64,000 nt of DNA from the NCBI GenBank assembly GCA_051453625.1, contig JBOZIK010000001.1, forward strand, positions 35,169,008 through 35,233,007. The letters are read 5' to 3'. The notes beneath the pieces were generated by a model. The model worked only from the letters and a program-made list of their open reading frames with translations. It was not told the origin of the DNA and searched no databases. Positions 50,546-63,330 of the stretch are shown in pieces. Source of the stretch: Welwitschia mirabilis. Its lineage: Eukaryota. Position 1 is the first letter of the stretch, and each line of letters begins with the position of its first letter. Made by a program: the position numbers and the translations under genes.

Positions 50546-51557
50546 TANNNNNNNNNNNNNNNNNNNNNNNNNNNNNNNNNNNNNNNNNNNNNNNNNNNNN
50601 NNNNNNNNNNNNNNNNNNNNNNNNNNNNNNNNNNNNNNNNNNNNNNNNNNNNNNNNNNNNNNNNNNNNNNNNNNNNNNNNNNNNNNNNNNNNNNNNNNNN
50701 NNNNNNNNNNNNNNNNNNNNNNNNNNNNNNNNNNNNNNNNNNNNNNNNNNNNNNNNNNNNNNNNNNNNNNNNNNNNNNNNNNNNNNNNNNNNNNNNNNNN
50801 NNNNNNNNNNNNNNNNNNNNNNNNNNNNNNNNNNNNNNNNNNNNNNNNNNNNNNNNNNNNNNNNNNNNNNNNNNNNNNNNNNNNNNNNNNNNNNNNNNNN
50901 NNNNNNNNNNNNNNNNNNNNNNNNNNNNNNNNNNNNNNNNNNNNNNNNNNNNNNNNNNNNNNNNNNNNNNNNNNNNNNNNNNNNNNNNNNNNNNNNNNNN
51001 NNNNNNNNNNNNNNNNNNNNNNNNNNNNNNNNNNNNNNNNNNNNNNNNNNNNNNNNNNNNNNNNNNNNNNNNNNNNNNNNNNNNNNNNNNNNNNNNNNNN
51101 NNNNNNNNNNNNNNNNNNNNNNNNNNNNNNNNNNNNNNNNNNNNNNNNNNNNNNNNNNNNNNNNNNNNNNNNNNNNNNNNNNNNNNNNNNNNNNNNNNNN
51201 NNNNNNNNNNNNNNNNNNNNNNNNNNNNNNNNNNNNNNNNNNNNNNNNNNNNNNNNNNNNNNNNNNNNNNNNNNNNNNNNNNNNNNNNNNNNNNNNNNNN
51301 NNNNNNNNNNNNNNNNNNNNNNNNNNNNNNNNNNNNNNNNNNNNNNNNNNNNNTCTTAATACATTCACATGTCTATGAACTTTACTTTAAAGAAATATGC
51401 TTTGGTTCTTGCATTTTTTTCAATGCTATGAGGTCTTTGATTATTTAGGATTTCTTTTTTTTTTGTCTTTTATCTCACTTCTTCACTTTTGTGTTTTTAA
51501 GTGTGTAATCATGTGGGAATTATTTATGTATCAAAAAAGAAAGAAAAATAAAAAATA

Positions 51558-51563
<6 letters not shown>

Positions 51564-51590
<27 letters not shown>

Positions 51591-51600
51591 TAGTGAGAGA
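51564..51600. repeat. (GA)n microsatellite
   Basis: Read directly from the sequence. Confidence 0.9.
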
Positions 51601-53449
51601 AAATAATAAACATAATCTATTATATTTATGCCAAAATACATGATTACCATGATGTCATATCATATCAAAGTAATTTTTTTCAAAAGGAATATTTGATAGT
51701 GGTGGTTCCTATCGGAACTCCACTAAGAGGTCAATTAGCCATCTTCATGGATTCTTACTTCTTTGACTATGGTTACAGTCCCCTCATCATGGAAAGTAGA
51801 AATAAAAATCTAAGGCTATGAGATAAGTGGTGTTCCTGATATCATTAGAGGCATTACTTATATCCTATACTCTTACTATTTCTACATGATCATTTCACTT
51901 TTAAGGATTAAGGTGTGTTGTGGATTGTGAGTAAGTAAGTTCATTTTTGAGTAGATTTTAATCTTTTTATTCATTATTTTGAGCACTTTGTATTGGGTGT
52001 CATCATAATCATTGTTCTTTTAAGTGAAACTTTATGAAGTCAATACATTTTATCATACATCTTTACTTAGGTTTATTTAAGATGTATTTCAGAGGGGTTT
52101 ACTAGGTTAGAATTTAAGATAGGTATGCTATCTTCTTCATGGTCCTCACATCCATTTTTATTTTGCTTTTTTTTTAATTCTTTAGTTTGTTATTTTAAAG
52201 TCATTAATGTACTTTTTCATCATCATCTAGGACCTTATCATTTAGTAGTTTTCTTGTTATTATTTATGTTATTTTTATGACTCATGAGTTAATTTCCTTT
52301 TAGCATTTTAATTAGATAATATTTTCTTATTATTCATAATTTTTATGAAATTCCTTTTATTCTTTTGGATTTATACATATGTTTGGGACCATTTTTTAGT
52401 TCAGATACATTTGTTTAGATTTCTTTAAAAGATTTCAACCTACCTAGTAAATTCTCATAGCCTTATTTTTTAATTCTTTTGCATTTTTCTCATCACCCTT
52501 TTTCATCATGAATCTTCACCATTTTCCTATTTTTTAAACTCTTTGATACATTCATGCTAATATTTAAGCTTAACTTGTTCAGTCGATACTTTTATTTTTG
52601 CTAAAATTTTCAAAGCTCTATCATCCACCTAGTCATTTAGACAATAACAAGGATGACACTAAGATTTTTTCTAATAGTTTTCCTAGAATTATTGTCTAAA
52701 CAATGTGATTAGATGATAGAGCAATAAAATTATGGATCAAATTATTTTTCTGTATTTTTTATTTTCTATTATTTTTAGCTATTATTCTGAGAGATGATAG
52801 TTACCTTAATTCATACTGATATTCTAGAACTTTTCCCAGTCTGATTCATACCCCAAATTGTAAATTTTTAGTAGATTTTATAAAATGAGGCATGTTTCTT
52901 TCTTCCTCATTATTTTTAATTTCTCTCCTATTTTTGAGGCTTTTAATATCTAGTTTTCACATATATTTTTTAGTTTTTTGTGCTCTTCAAGTTGGAACTT
53001 ATACTTATAGATATGATTTTCACTATGTATTTTATGAGATTTGACAAATTATATACTTTATGAGGTAGAATAAGATTTTTAACCTTAAAAATCATTTTCT
53101 TACAAATCATAAGTTAAAAGATACTGGTCCTTTAGGGAAAATTCATCATATAATGCAGTTTACAATTTTAGAACTTTAGATTTTTCATGTGAGTAGTTTC
53201 ATTTTTCAACTTATGTGGGGCCTACTTATTTTATACTTTCCAATCTTTCATAAGTTTCACATTTTTCTTTACACAATTAGGTAATATGGAATGTATTCAT
53301 ACTCTTAAGAGGAAGAAAAACATATTTTTATGATTTTTAAACATTTAAAATAAATTTATGAGGTAATTTTGAGTATCCACATAACACATTTTAGTTATCT
53401 TCACTCGATCTCACATGACGCATTTTGTATTTGTAATTGATTAGGCCAT

Positions 53450-54650
53450 GCACATGTAGAGATAGATAGGACAATGATATAGAGAAAGAGGTAAGGCCCA
53501 TTGACACCATTAGATATTATGTGGTAGAGCCATTCCATCATTCATATTACCACACTAGATCTTTCATGATTTAGACAGTGGCCATCTGTGTTGAGAGATA
53601 TTTTGGGGATTTTATGAGTTGATTAGAGCTAGAGGTAGATCAGAGGCTTATAGATCTAGAACTCTAATATATTTTATATGCATAGTAGAAATACTATATA
53701 TTAAAGACTAGAGAGTTAATGACACTATCCAAGACCATAAGATCATGGAAATACTATAGTAGAAATGCTTATGGCTAGGTCATGGACATGATCGTAACTA
53801 CTATTCAAGACCACAAGATCATGATTCTTCTAAACCACATTTTTACAGTAACTAATCTAGGTAATATCAAAAGCAGATACATTAATTCAGCTAGTGAGAT
53901 AGAGAAGCATTATACTTTTGGTATATCACTTAGTATTTCTTCTACTTTGACTACAAATTGGTACTGAGTTTTGGTTATACATTTGTCATTTTCCTATCGG
54001 ATTTTACATAGAGAACTGATTCATAACATCAGCTCATTATTTTATGATAGTCATGTAATGCTAGCATATCTCTAGATATTAGTAATGTTCAAGCAACAGG
54101 AGTATATGGACTTACCAAATTTCATCTAGAGGAGACTTAAGATCATAATTAAGACATAAAAGCTTTACATTCTAGGATATCTTTGGCTTATTTCAATTAT
54201 ATTTAGATGCTTTAGCATACCTAATCCTGTACATGAGTAGAGACTTAGACATATCTAGACTTTAAAATAATATCAGCATCAAGATTCTAAGAGAGGTAGG
54301 AAGACCTTAGGTGTAGAGACATGTGGTTAGCATTACTTTAAAGTAGATTTAGGATTTCTTAGTGAAGACTACATAAATGATCAAAGAGATAGTAAACTAA
54401 GGCATTACTATACTTAAGCAAAGGATCACAATGATTAGGAGGAGAGTATACCATACCAAGGAGTAGCTAGTTGATATACAATAATACATCTTATGAATTG
54501 AGTACATTGTAATGGTAGTAATCTTAAAGATAGTTAGAGTGTATGGAAATGAGATAGCACATACCATCATGAAATTATTAGATCACCATTTTCCTATAGA
54601 TCCTAAGCATCTTCCCTCTTATCCACCTATACCTAAGCCTACTACACATT
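53450..54650 (+). pseudogene. Decayed extra 3' (env-like / putative plant transposon protein type) ORF of the Athila element
   Basis: It lies between the integrase and the PPT. DMIVTTIQDHKIMILLNHIFTVTNL (53785) aligns with EKIRTTVGGHHIYIMSQHIIVVTRL at ~42967. Confidence 0.6.
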
Positions 54651-55215
54651 AGAAATTTATCATGACTAGACAAAGGGAATGATTTACTTATAATGAATTA
54701 TGTATCTTTCCCTTAATGAATTGTATAAAACTCATGATTTATATAGACATATCATTTTTTTGAGTATTATCATGGTGTATATTTTTATTGCTAAATATTA
54801 TGCATACTTTTACATATAATTTTTGATACTTCATGATGAGGGTCATTTATGTTATACATGTTTATTTTTTTATCTACTATGCATTTGAGTAGGGGCTATT
54901 AATTATCAATGCATTTTAATATTCTTCTTTCTAAAAAAATTTCTCACAAGCTTATATTTTTAAAGAATAATTTCTTATCCTATCATCCTTTTCATCATCT
55001 AGTAATCACCAGGATGATAGTATGACTACTTCCACTACATAGATAAATGTCTAGTTATCTATTTTTGACATTTATATTCTACATTTTAAGATTCTGAATA
55101 TTATTTTTGAGTTTATTAAAAAGTTCTATGGTGATTTATTGTTAGTTAATTTGGCTAGCAATTATCACTGTTCACTTAGTTTTGTCAAGGACTAGCAAGA
55201 CTAAGTGGGGAGCTA

Positions 55216-56377
55216 TGTTGCACTACCAAATTATATATATTTGAAATGGTATTTTGAATAGTTTACAAAACATTAGATAGGTTTATACTGAGTTTTAGTG
55301 ATAATGAAGAGCTAAGGCAAATGTCATGAAAACATGCAGTCTTCATTAAATTTGACAGCACTTAAATTAGATTATAATACTTCCTTTTGGAAGTAAGAAT
55401 CTTTTAATTAAAGAGGCTAATGCGATGTAAGAAATACTTTATAAAAGTCGATCATTGACCTGATCATCCAGATGACTACATGAACAAGAAAAGCACTTAA
55501 GCTAAGGAGGATGCTTACTGGATTAATATAGTAGCCGATGTGAAACTCATATGATGTGGCATCATCTCCTATGACATCTAAACAACCAATAGGACAACAC
55601 CTAAAAATAATGCTTCACCAAATTTCACTAAACTCTAACCATATGGCTTGCATCTTCGTACACAAATGTTAGGGTTATTAGCATGTTTATTAGTATTTGC
55701 TAATTTTNNNNNNNNNNTCTATTTTCTAATAAATACCTCCTCCATTCTTGACTTTATTTTCATATATTTTAGCACTAGAAATTCTTGTAACAAGATATTG
55801 AACGGCAAGAAATCCATTCATTGTTATTACAGAAAGACGTCTTCCTTGATTTTGGGTTGTCTATCCATCATTGATATTAATTTGCTTTAATTAAAACTTG
55901 AGTGTTCTTTTCATATCTTTTGTTATGTACATATCCCTTATGGTTTATGTTGCTTCTAATTCCATAATAGCTTCATTGATGATATAGATCATAAGGACAA
56001 CCTTTATTAAGGTTAACATTGTTAATTTAGGTACATTACATTTTATTTTCTAAATTAACTTTACATTTTTTTATATTTTGTTTGGTGTATCTTGTATCTT
56101 AGATTGATATTGATCTAGTGACAGCTTTCCTAGATTATACAGGGCCAATCTCCATAACAAGTTGATTTGCTAATCAAATAGAAGTTCCATTAAAAAAAAA
56201 ACTTACATATCATTTACATAGTATATTTATTTTCATTTTTATTTTTCATTATTATTATTATACTTTGAGGTTACATACGTATTTTGTTTTGAATCATATA
56301 TTTTTCTTCTCATCTATGCCTTTGATAGAATTATGACATTTAGGTTACTCCCATTTATGTTAGTGTGTTGGATAATG

Positions 56378-56380
<3 letters not shown>
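55216..56380 (+). repeat. Athila-type 3' LTR
   Basis: It begins TGTTGCACTACC right after the PPT, is homologous to 44218-45303, and ends at a (TA)n tract. Confidence 0.7.

Positions 56381-56405
<25 letters not shown>
56378..56405. repeat. (TA)n microsatellite
   Basis: Read directly from the sequence. Confidence 0.95.
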
Positions 56406-56408
<3 letters not shown>

Positions 56409-56479
56409 TTTCAAGATTTAATTGAGATGTAATGTTTGTATACACCACAACATCCATTATTACACCAAAAAAAAAAACT

Positions 56480-57550
56480 TAGATTTTAGAAGAATTATAG
56501 AGATTAGCTCATGGGTATTTTATTAAAATGGCATAGGAAATTATCTTTTAGCTAGACTAATCCATTTCTAGTCTAGAAATAAGAGAGTTTTATGTCAATA
56601 TTCATGAAATTGATGATAGCATAGGTTTCTTTCAAACATAGGTTAGATGTATCTCTCTAAACATTATTCCTAGTTTTATTAATTTCTTGCTCAGCATAGA
56701 TGACATAGATGTCCCTTAAATTTATAGTCATTTTTTAAAGGAAATATTCAAATTTAGAGTTGTTAGTATGTCTTGGCATAATATGAGAGGTGTTTTATTT
56801 GAACATAGTAGAATAAATTTTGTTGAAAACATTGAAGTAAAAGATATGATTCTAATTCTTAGTTTGATAACATTCTATAATAATTTGTGTAGAAGAGAGT
56901 GAGATACCAGAAGAGAGTTGGAAATTTGTGAGATTTTCACATGATCAAATTCAGAGGAGGAGTCAAAAGAAGAAGAGGAAGTAAGACCTTTAGCTCTACA
57001 TGGCATAGGATATAAATTTGATAGGGCTGTAGATAGTGAATTTATAAAGGAGTCTTTTGGAGATGAGATATAGGCTAAGAGGGAGTACTAAGCTCTTATG
57101 AAGGCACATGTATAAGGGAAGCAATAGACTTTAGGTCCTTTATAATAGAGGTAGCCACAATAGGAGATAGGCCTTTAAGGGCTATTGTGAGATATCTCAG
57201 TGCCCTTCTAAGAAACACCACACTTCACCTTTTACTTTCTTATCATCCTACATCTAACCAAATTTCACAATGCATGATAGTAATGATAATAATGAAAAAG
57301 ATCAAGAAAATCATTATATAAGTGACTCTGCTCTTAGTGATTAGAGCCTTTTGTATACTATCCAAAAATGGGGAGAATATTATTACAAAATTAGTGGTTA
57401 GCAAATCCAGTTATATAGAATTAATATTAGATAAATTAGACACTTTAGTTTTCATATTAAGAATACTGAGTTGGGCATGAAGTATTTTTTTATGAGATAT
57501 TGGATTGAACCTCTAAGTATTATCATTGTTATTAATGATTTCTCTTGATG
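56480..57550 (+). pseudogene. Decayed env-like / putative plant transposon protein ORF, probably from a SIRE element 3' region
   Basis: IREFYVNIHEIDDSIGFFQT*VRCISLNIIPSFINFLLSI (~56579-56700) matches the vREFYxN...VRG..I...IN pattern. SIRE-like PPT motifs and an LTR follow. Confidence 0.6.
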
Positions 57551-58117
57551 TTTTTGGCACATATTAATACTTTTTTATTTCTCTACCATTATTATTTGTT
57601 AGCACATGTTTATGCTGACATACTCTTTATTTTAATATCATGATTTCATTGGCACATATTCATAATGATTAATTCTCTAATTTTCATGATCTTCATGTTA
57701 TAAACTACTAGTACATTTTCCATTATATCATACTTTGATGTTTACTATTAGCACAATACCCTGAGCATATTATTAGATGATATTTTATTAGTACAACATT
57801 TGTATTATGATGCTTTGATTTTATTTTGTATTATCAAATATTATGACTATTTGAATGATTAATACCATGGTTAATCAATTATCTTTATGCCTTTATTTGA
57901 ATGCTTAGGTATTACATCAATAGTTTAATCTATTTTTTTTCAAGTGGTATATCTATGTGCTTTTATCTATTATTCAAGTGATTAATATCATGTTTTTTCA
58001 ATATCTTTGTAAAATTTGATTATGTGTATTTCACTAAAATATAACTTGTAATTGATTGAAGGAGATTGTACTAATGAAGATTTACCAAGTTTTATACATC
58101 ATAAGAAATGAAGATAT

Positions 58118-59665
58118 CGTTGGTAAATCAACTTTCAATGATTCCACTTGTAAAATATTTATGCCTTTGTGTGGATAGATTATTGCAAAGAAAAATTAGA
58201 TCATCATAAGCATAAGATAATTTTGGAAACTCAAGACAATATCTTACATAATTAATAAACTCTAAAATCAATTTTTTGAAAAAATTTCTAGTGAAAACAT
58301 CTAGGAAATGAAAGACATCTTGGATGTATCAAAATTTAAGTCATAGTCGTAAGTCAGCTATCTCATCAAGGATTAATATCCTAAAAATCAAACTTGACTT
58401 AGATAAAGATGTTTATATGTTTAAAGATATCTACACTAAAGAAAAATAAGTAACAAAGTTAAATTCAACTTTGACCAATATCATACATTTTAAGTGAGCT
58501 ATTAACTTGTACATTATGGATTCATGATTGTGAAGAACCAAGGATTATGTAGAGTAAGTTTTATCAAAATCTAGGTAAGTTGAATAAANNNNNNNNNNTA
58601 GTAGACATCTACAAAAGTGAAGATGTCTTAGATAAAAGTTTATAATGATGAAAAACAAATTTATGCACCTAATGCCTAGAAATTTCCTATCTAATATAAG
58701 ATAGTTACAAGATTAAGTGTCTACCTTTCAAGTTCAAATAGTTAGACACTCTTCAACTATATAAAGGGTTAATATCATAAAACAAATTACAACTTTTGGA
58801 ACTTCAAGAAACACATAGATCTTAAACGTTTTATCATTAAAGGATATGGAATGAACAAATATATCTCTAAGCATAAACACATGAGTAATTAGAACATCTC
58901 ACAAAGAATCAAATAAATCATTGCAAAAGAGCTTTTAGTATTGCATCATTTTATTCTTAAATATTACATTGCTTTATCATTCATTTGCACTTATGATGAT
59001 AATAATAACATCAAGGAACTTAAGTCTTCATCAAAGTTACATCTTTAGGATTTTTTTAATTGTATTTTTGGTTATATACTATTGAACTATCTTATTATTA
59101 AATATTATTGTAATCGCATTATTAGATCAATCTCTTTATAAGGTGACTCTTATATGGATGTGCATTTGAAATAGTACTTGTCAGAACTTGTTTTTATTAT
59201 AAGGTTATTAATGCACCAAAAAACTATTATTCCCTTATGGGAAGAGAGTATTTCCTTACAAGGAGACTCTCATTGTTATAAGATTTTTCATGCACTTGTG
59301 AAAAGAACTATTCCCTTATAGGGAAGAGAGTGTTGTCTTGTGAGGAGATTCTCACTATTATAAGGTTCATGTTTTTTCTATGAAAACCACTATTCCTTAT
59401 AAGGGAAAGAGTTCTGCCTTGCAAGGATAATCTCACTTGTTATAATATTGGTGATGCACCAAAAAATCACTATTTTTTCATAGTCAAGAACATTTAGAGA
59501 TGTGAGTAGAATCTATCCTCTATGTGTGGACATACCCAGGTTGGGAAACCACATTATCTTAGTAAGGTGTTTTATTATTATGTGTTTTTATTATCCTATT
59601 ATTAGTTTAAATTTTTATCTAATGGAACTCATTCACCACTGACCTCTAAGTTTAATAATCCTCAT
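58118..59665 (+). repeat. SIRE-type LTR (3' LTR or solo)
   Basis: It is preceded by decayed multi-PPT motifs (gaaggagattgt; gttttatacatcataagaaatgaagatat-cgttgg, compare ttgtcatcatcaaaaagggggagattgttg). It contains AGACGTCT-type palindromes, a TATA ctatataaagg at ~58757, U5-like gtggacatacc...gaaaccac, and an end motif attcaccactgacctct. Confidence 0.65.
59197..59475 (+). repeat. ~80-82-bp tandem repeat, ~3.5 copies, within the LTR
   Basis: Units start TTATAA at 59197, 59276, 59358 and 59440. They share the core CTATTCCCTTAT.GGGAAGAGAGT...CTT.CAAGGAGA.TCTCA. Confidence 0.9.
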
Positions 59666-60394
59666 AGACTATGCTATGATGCTATCATGTGAATACATCT
59701 TTAAATGAATGTATGTATAAGTAAGATATATTTAAATTATTAATACCAATTATACTATTTATAAAACTAGAAGTTAGAAATAATGGGGTACTTCTTATCA
59801 CATTTGAAAGGTACCGCCAGAGTTATCTGTCTTATGAATATTGGCATAGAACTCTCTTATCATGAAATCTAAAATAATTTCTTCAAGTTAAATAATGATT
59901 TCCTATCCAAGATGAGAGAATCATGTTAAAAGTTAATCCTTCTTATTTTTATAAAAGTTAAGAATTCTCTCTACAATATAGAAGTTTTTAAGCCAAGACT
60001 TCAATATTTTTGTAGCTAATTCATGATAAAATTAAGCTTTATATTAAGGTTTTTATGGTTCATGATAGGTTTATTTCTCCTAGTAGTTTTGGTGGGCTTT
60101 CTCTTCACTATATTTGTGAAATATAAATGGTAGAAACTAAATGTAGAAGATATACTAATAGAATTAAAAATGTATGCACATGCACTAAAATCCACTTGTG
60201 TTTGTTAGTTATGAAAACTTATTTTAAACCAAAGACATTTATCTAGTGAAAACTAAGAGAAAGAGGATTTCTATTCATACTAAAATGGATAAATGCAAAG
60301 TGATAAAGTGAAAATGAAGGTTACATAGCCCTTTCTTACTTAAAAAGGATTTAAAACACTAAGTTTTGTATTCTTTTAATTTTGAAAATACTAT

Positions 60395-60700
60395 TTCAAA
60401 GATGTCTACACCTTAAAATACATCAAAAATGATTAAAAAAAAGTCATCTATAAATTTCACAGACATCTTCTAATAAAACTTTTAAACTATTACCTAGGGG
60501 TACTAAAGACGTCTACTAACTAAAAGATGTCTATAACAAAAATATTAGACATCTACTTGTATGAAAGATATCTATTTTTTTTTTTTTGAATAGCTAACAA
60601 CTAAATATGTCTATACCATTAAGTAAATATTTCTAATAGATGTCTGCAACACTAAATATGTCTTCAACTTAGACATTTATAGATTGAAAGATGTTTATTC
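60395..60700. repeat. Cluster of decayed AGACGTCT palindromic motifs downstream of the SIRE pol
   Basis: agatgtct, agacatct, agacgtct, agatatct, aatatgtct, agacattt and agatgttt recur about every 20-50 bp. Confidence 0.8.
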
Positions 60701-60919
60701 TACAACCTTAAAAAATTTTAAAGTTTTTCCTATTCACATCATTTTGAGATAAAGCAACTTAAAAATAACTTACGTAAATCATAAAAACTTCTAATTAAAA
60801 TGATAATCACATGATAAAACTTTAAATATCTATAGCAAATATCTAAACTTATAAATAGAATCATAAGAAATATACTAAGTTAAGATTTGGAAGCGATTAA
60901 TTATGAACTTACTTAATCA

Positions 60920-63330
60920 GACAATGCCTAATACTCAAGTTCTAGCATAACCTAATGAATCTTTCTACACTCATCTACAAGTTGATCATCTATTTTGACA
61001 TATTTCAAAGTGATTTTTTTTATTTTGGACGATCTTGAAGGAAGTGGCTTATGATTTTAATATCCTTTATCCTAGAATGTTGAATAAGATTCTTAGATAT
61101 GTTGATAGAACTCTTATTGGCATAGTAGATTGGAATGTTTTTACTTTAACCTTTACTTCATCTAAATTACTTAGGCACAACAACTTATAGTAGTAATGTA
61201 CTCACATTTAATGGTTAAGAATGTGCTTGAATTTTTCTTCATGTTATTCCATGATATCAATAATTATCCTAATAATTAGTAACCTACATTGGTGCTTATC
61301 ATGTCATCCTTATAAATTTCCTAATTTGCATCATAATACCAACCTAAATGAAGGTATAAGTCCTTTAAATATCAAAGGTTCTAATTAGTAGTATCTTTCA
61401 AATAATAAAATATTCTTTTAATGGTAGTAAGATGCAATTCTATAGGATGACTTTGGTAACATACAAAATCTCTACACTTAAGATAATATCTAATCTACTA
61501 GTAATAAGATAAAGTAAATCATCAATCATACCTCTGTAAAGTATTTACTCAACCATCTTATCATTTTTATCTTTATCTGATTCTGTGCTTTAATGTATTA
61601 NNNNNNNNNNNNNNNNNNNNNNNNNNNNNNNNNNNNNNNNNNNNNNNNNNNNNNNNNNNNNNNNNNNNNNNNNNNNNNNNNNNNNNNNNNNNNNNNNNNN
61701 NNNNNNNNNNNNNNNNNNNNNNNNNNNNNNNNNNNNNTTCATTTCAAATTCAACTTGCATAGTGTTTACAAACTTTTTACACAATGATTCATTAGTGACA
61801 ACAAATATAATATCATCTATATATATTTGCTAATAGTAAAGTTATTACCATCTATTTTTATAAATAAAGTAATAGTAGATGTATGTCTTAAAAGTTTCTC
61901 ATACTAAGCTCTAGGGGCTTACTTAAGTTCATACAGAGCCTTTTCCAATTTATAAACATGATCTAACTCAAGTAAATTAAAAAAAACTTGAGGTTATTTA
62001 ACATATATCTATTCTTGTATAAATCCATTCAAGAATACACTCTTGACATCTATCTGATAGATCTTTAATCCTTTAACATATGAAAATGTTAAAAGCATTA
62101 TAATTGATTTCATACATGCTACTAATGCAAAAATTTCTTCGAAATAAATTCCTTCTTATTGGTTGTATCTTTTTACAACTAGTCTTACTTTATTTCTAAT
62201 AACATTATCATATTCATCTATCTTGTTTTTGAAAATACTTGGCTGCCTATTACTGATGTATTTGATGGCCTTAGATGAGTTTCTAGACTTTACATCTTTT
62301 AAACTAGTTTAACTCTTCTTATATTGCTAGCATATTATGTTGATCACTTTTTGATTTATTGAAATTCTTAGATTCTATTTTATATGTTTAAGCTACAAAT
62401 CCATAAAACTCTTTAGTATAAAGTTTTGTTTGTATGTTATCATAAGGACTATTAATTATGTTACTAGTCGATTGACTTTTTTAGTTTAATCATTCATGAT
62501 GAGGTTTTTCTTTTAGATTCTTCTTCCTTCTCCTCTTTATTATCTAATTATGCTAAAGGTTGTTAAAAGTTTGTTCAAGTTGTAAGGGTACATAGTCATC
62601 TTGTACATAAATAAAAGTAGATTTAGTAACATCAATTTTAATACTAATAGTTTTCTTTATCACTCATGTTCTTTTATTGAATAACTGATAGGCTTTATTA
62701 ACCATTGAATATCCTAGAAAAATACCATTATCAATTTTGATGTCAAAATTTCTAAGCTTATATTTCTCATTTAGGATGAATCATTTGGAATCAAATACAT
62801 GAAAATAACTTATTCAGGGTTTATTACCAAAGTAGAGCTGATATGAGGTTATAAAAGTAAAGCATCTTACCAAAACAGTTTTGGAAATATAGAAAGTAGT
62901 GTTAGGAACCTATTAATTATTGTTTTTGCTATTTCATTTAGCACCAAGTTATTTCTTTTAGCTACTCCATTCCATTATGTTATCCTTGAAGTAGAAGATT
63001 TATGAAATATACCAAACTTTTTGTAGAAGTCTCTAAACCTTACATTCTTGAATTTATTACCATTGTCACTCCTTATTACTTTAATCCTATATCCTTTGTA
63101 ATCCTATAACTTGATACACAACTTAGAGAAAATGTCAAAGGCCTAATCCTTAACTGTAAGAAAGGCTGCCCATGTAAAATGAGAATAATCATCAATATTA
63201 GTTAAATAATAGTTTTTCTTATGAAGACTTTTATAGGAAATGGATCAGCAATATTGAATTGTAGAAGGTATAATAGATGTTCAATACTAATAGGATTTTT
63301 CTTAACAAATTTTAGTTTTGTTTGCTTTCT
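60920..63330 (-). pseudogene. pol: Ty1/copia (SIRE/Maximus lineage) pol pseudogene: integrase, RT, RNase H
   Basis: Minus strand. Integrase: IDDYSHFTWAAFL (~63197), KVIRSDNGNKF (~63080), NGVAKRN. RT: YQIDVKSVFLNGFIQE (~62060), VYKLEKALYELK*APRA, QIYIDDIIF (~61830), MQVEFEM, YRGMIDDLLYL. RNase H: SINISKNLIQHSRIKDI, DQLVD. The INT-RT-RH order is copia, and QIYxDDIIF and MQxEFEM are SIRE-like. Confidence 0.93.

Larger units (their letters stand above)
44218..56380 (+). mobile_element. Near full-length, heavily decayed Athila-type Ty3/gypsy LTR retrotransposon
   Basis: It has diverged LTRs at ~44218-45303 and ~55216-56380. Internally it carries a gag zinc knuckle, PR-RT-RH-INT in gypsy order, a long 3' region with an extra ORF remnant, and an Athila-type PPT (tttgtcaaggactagcaagactaagtggggag, 55181-55212). 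Confidence 0.85.
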
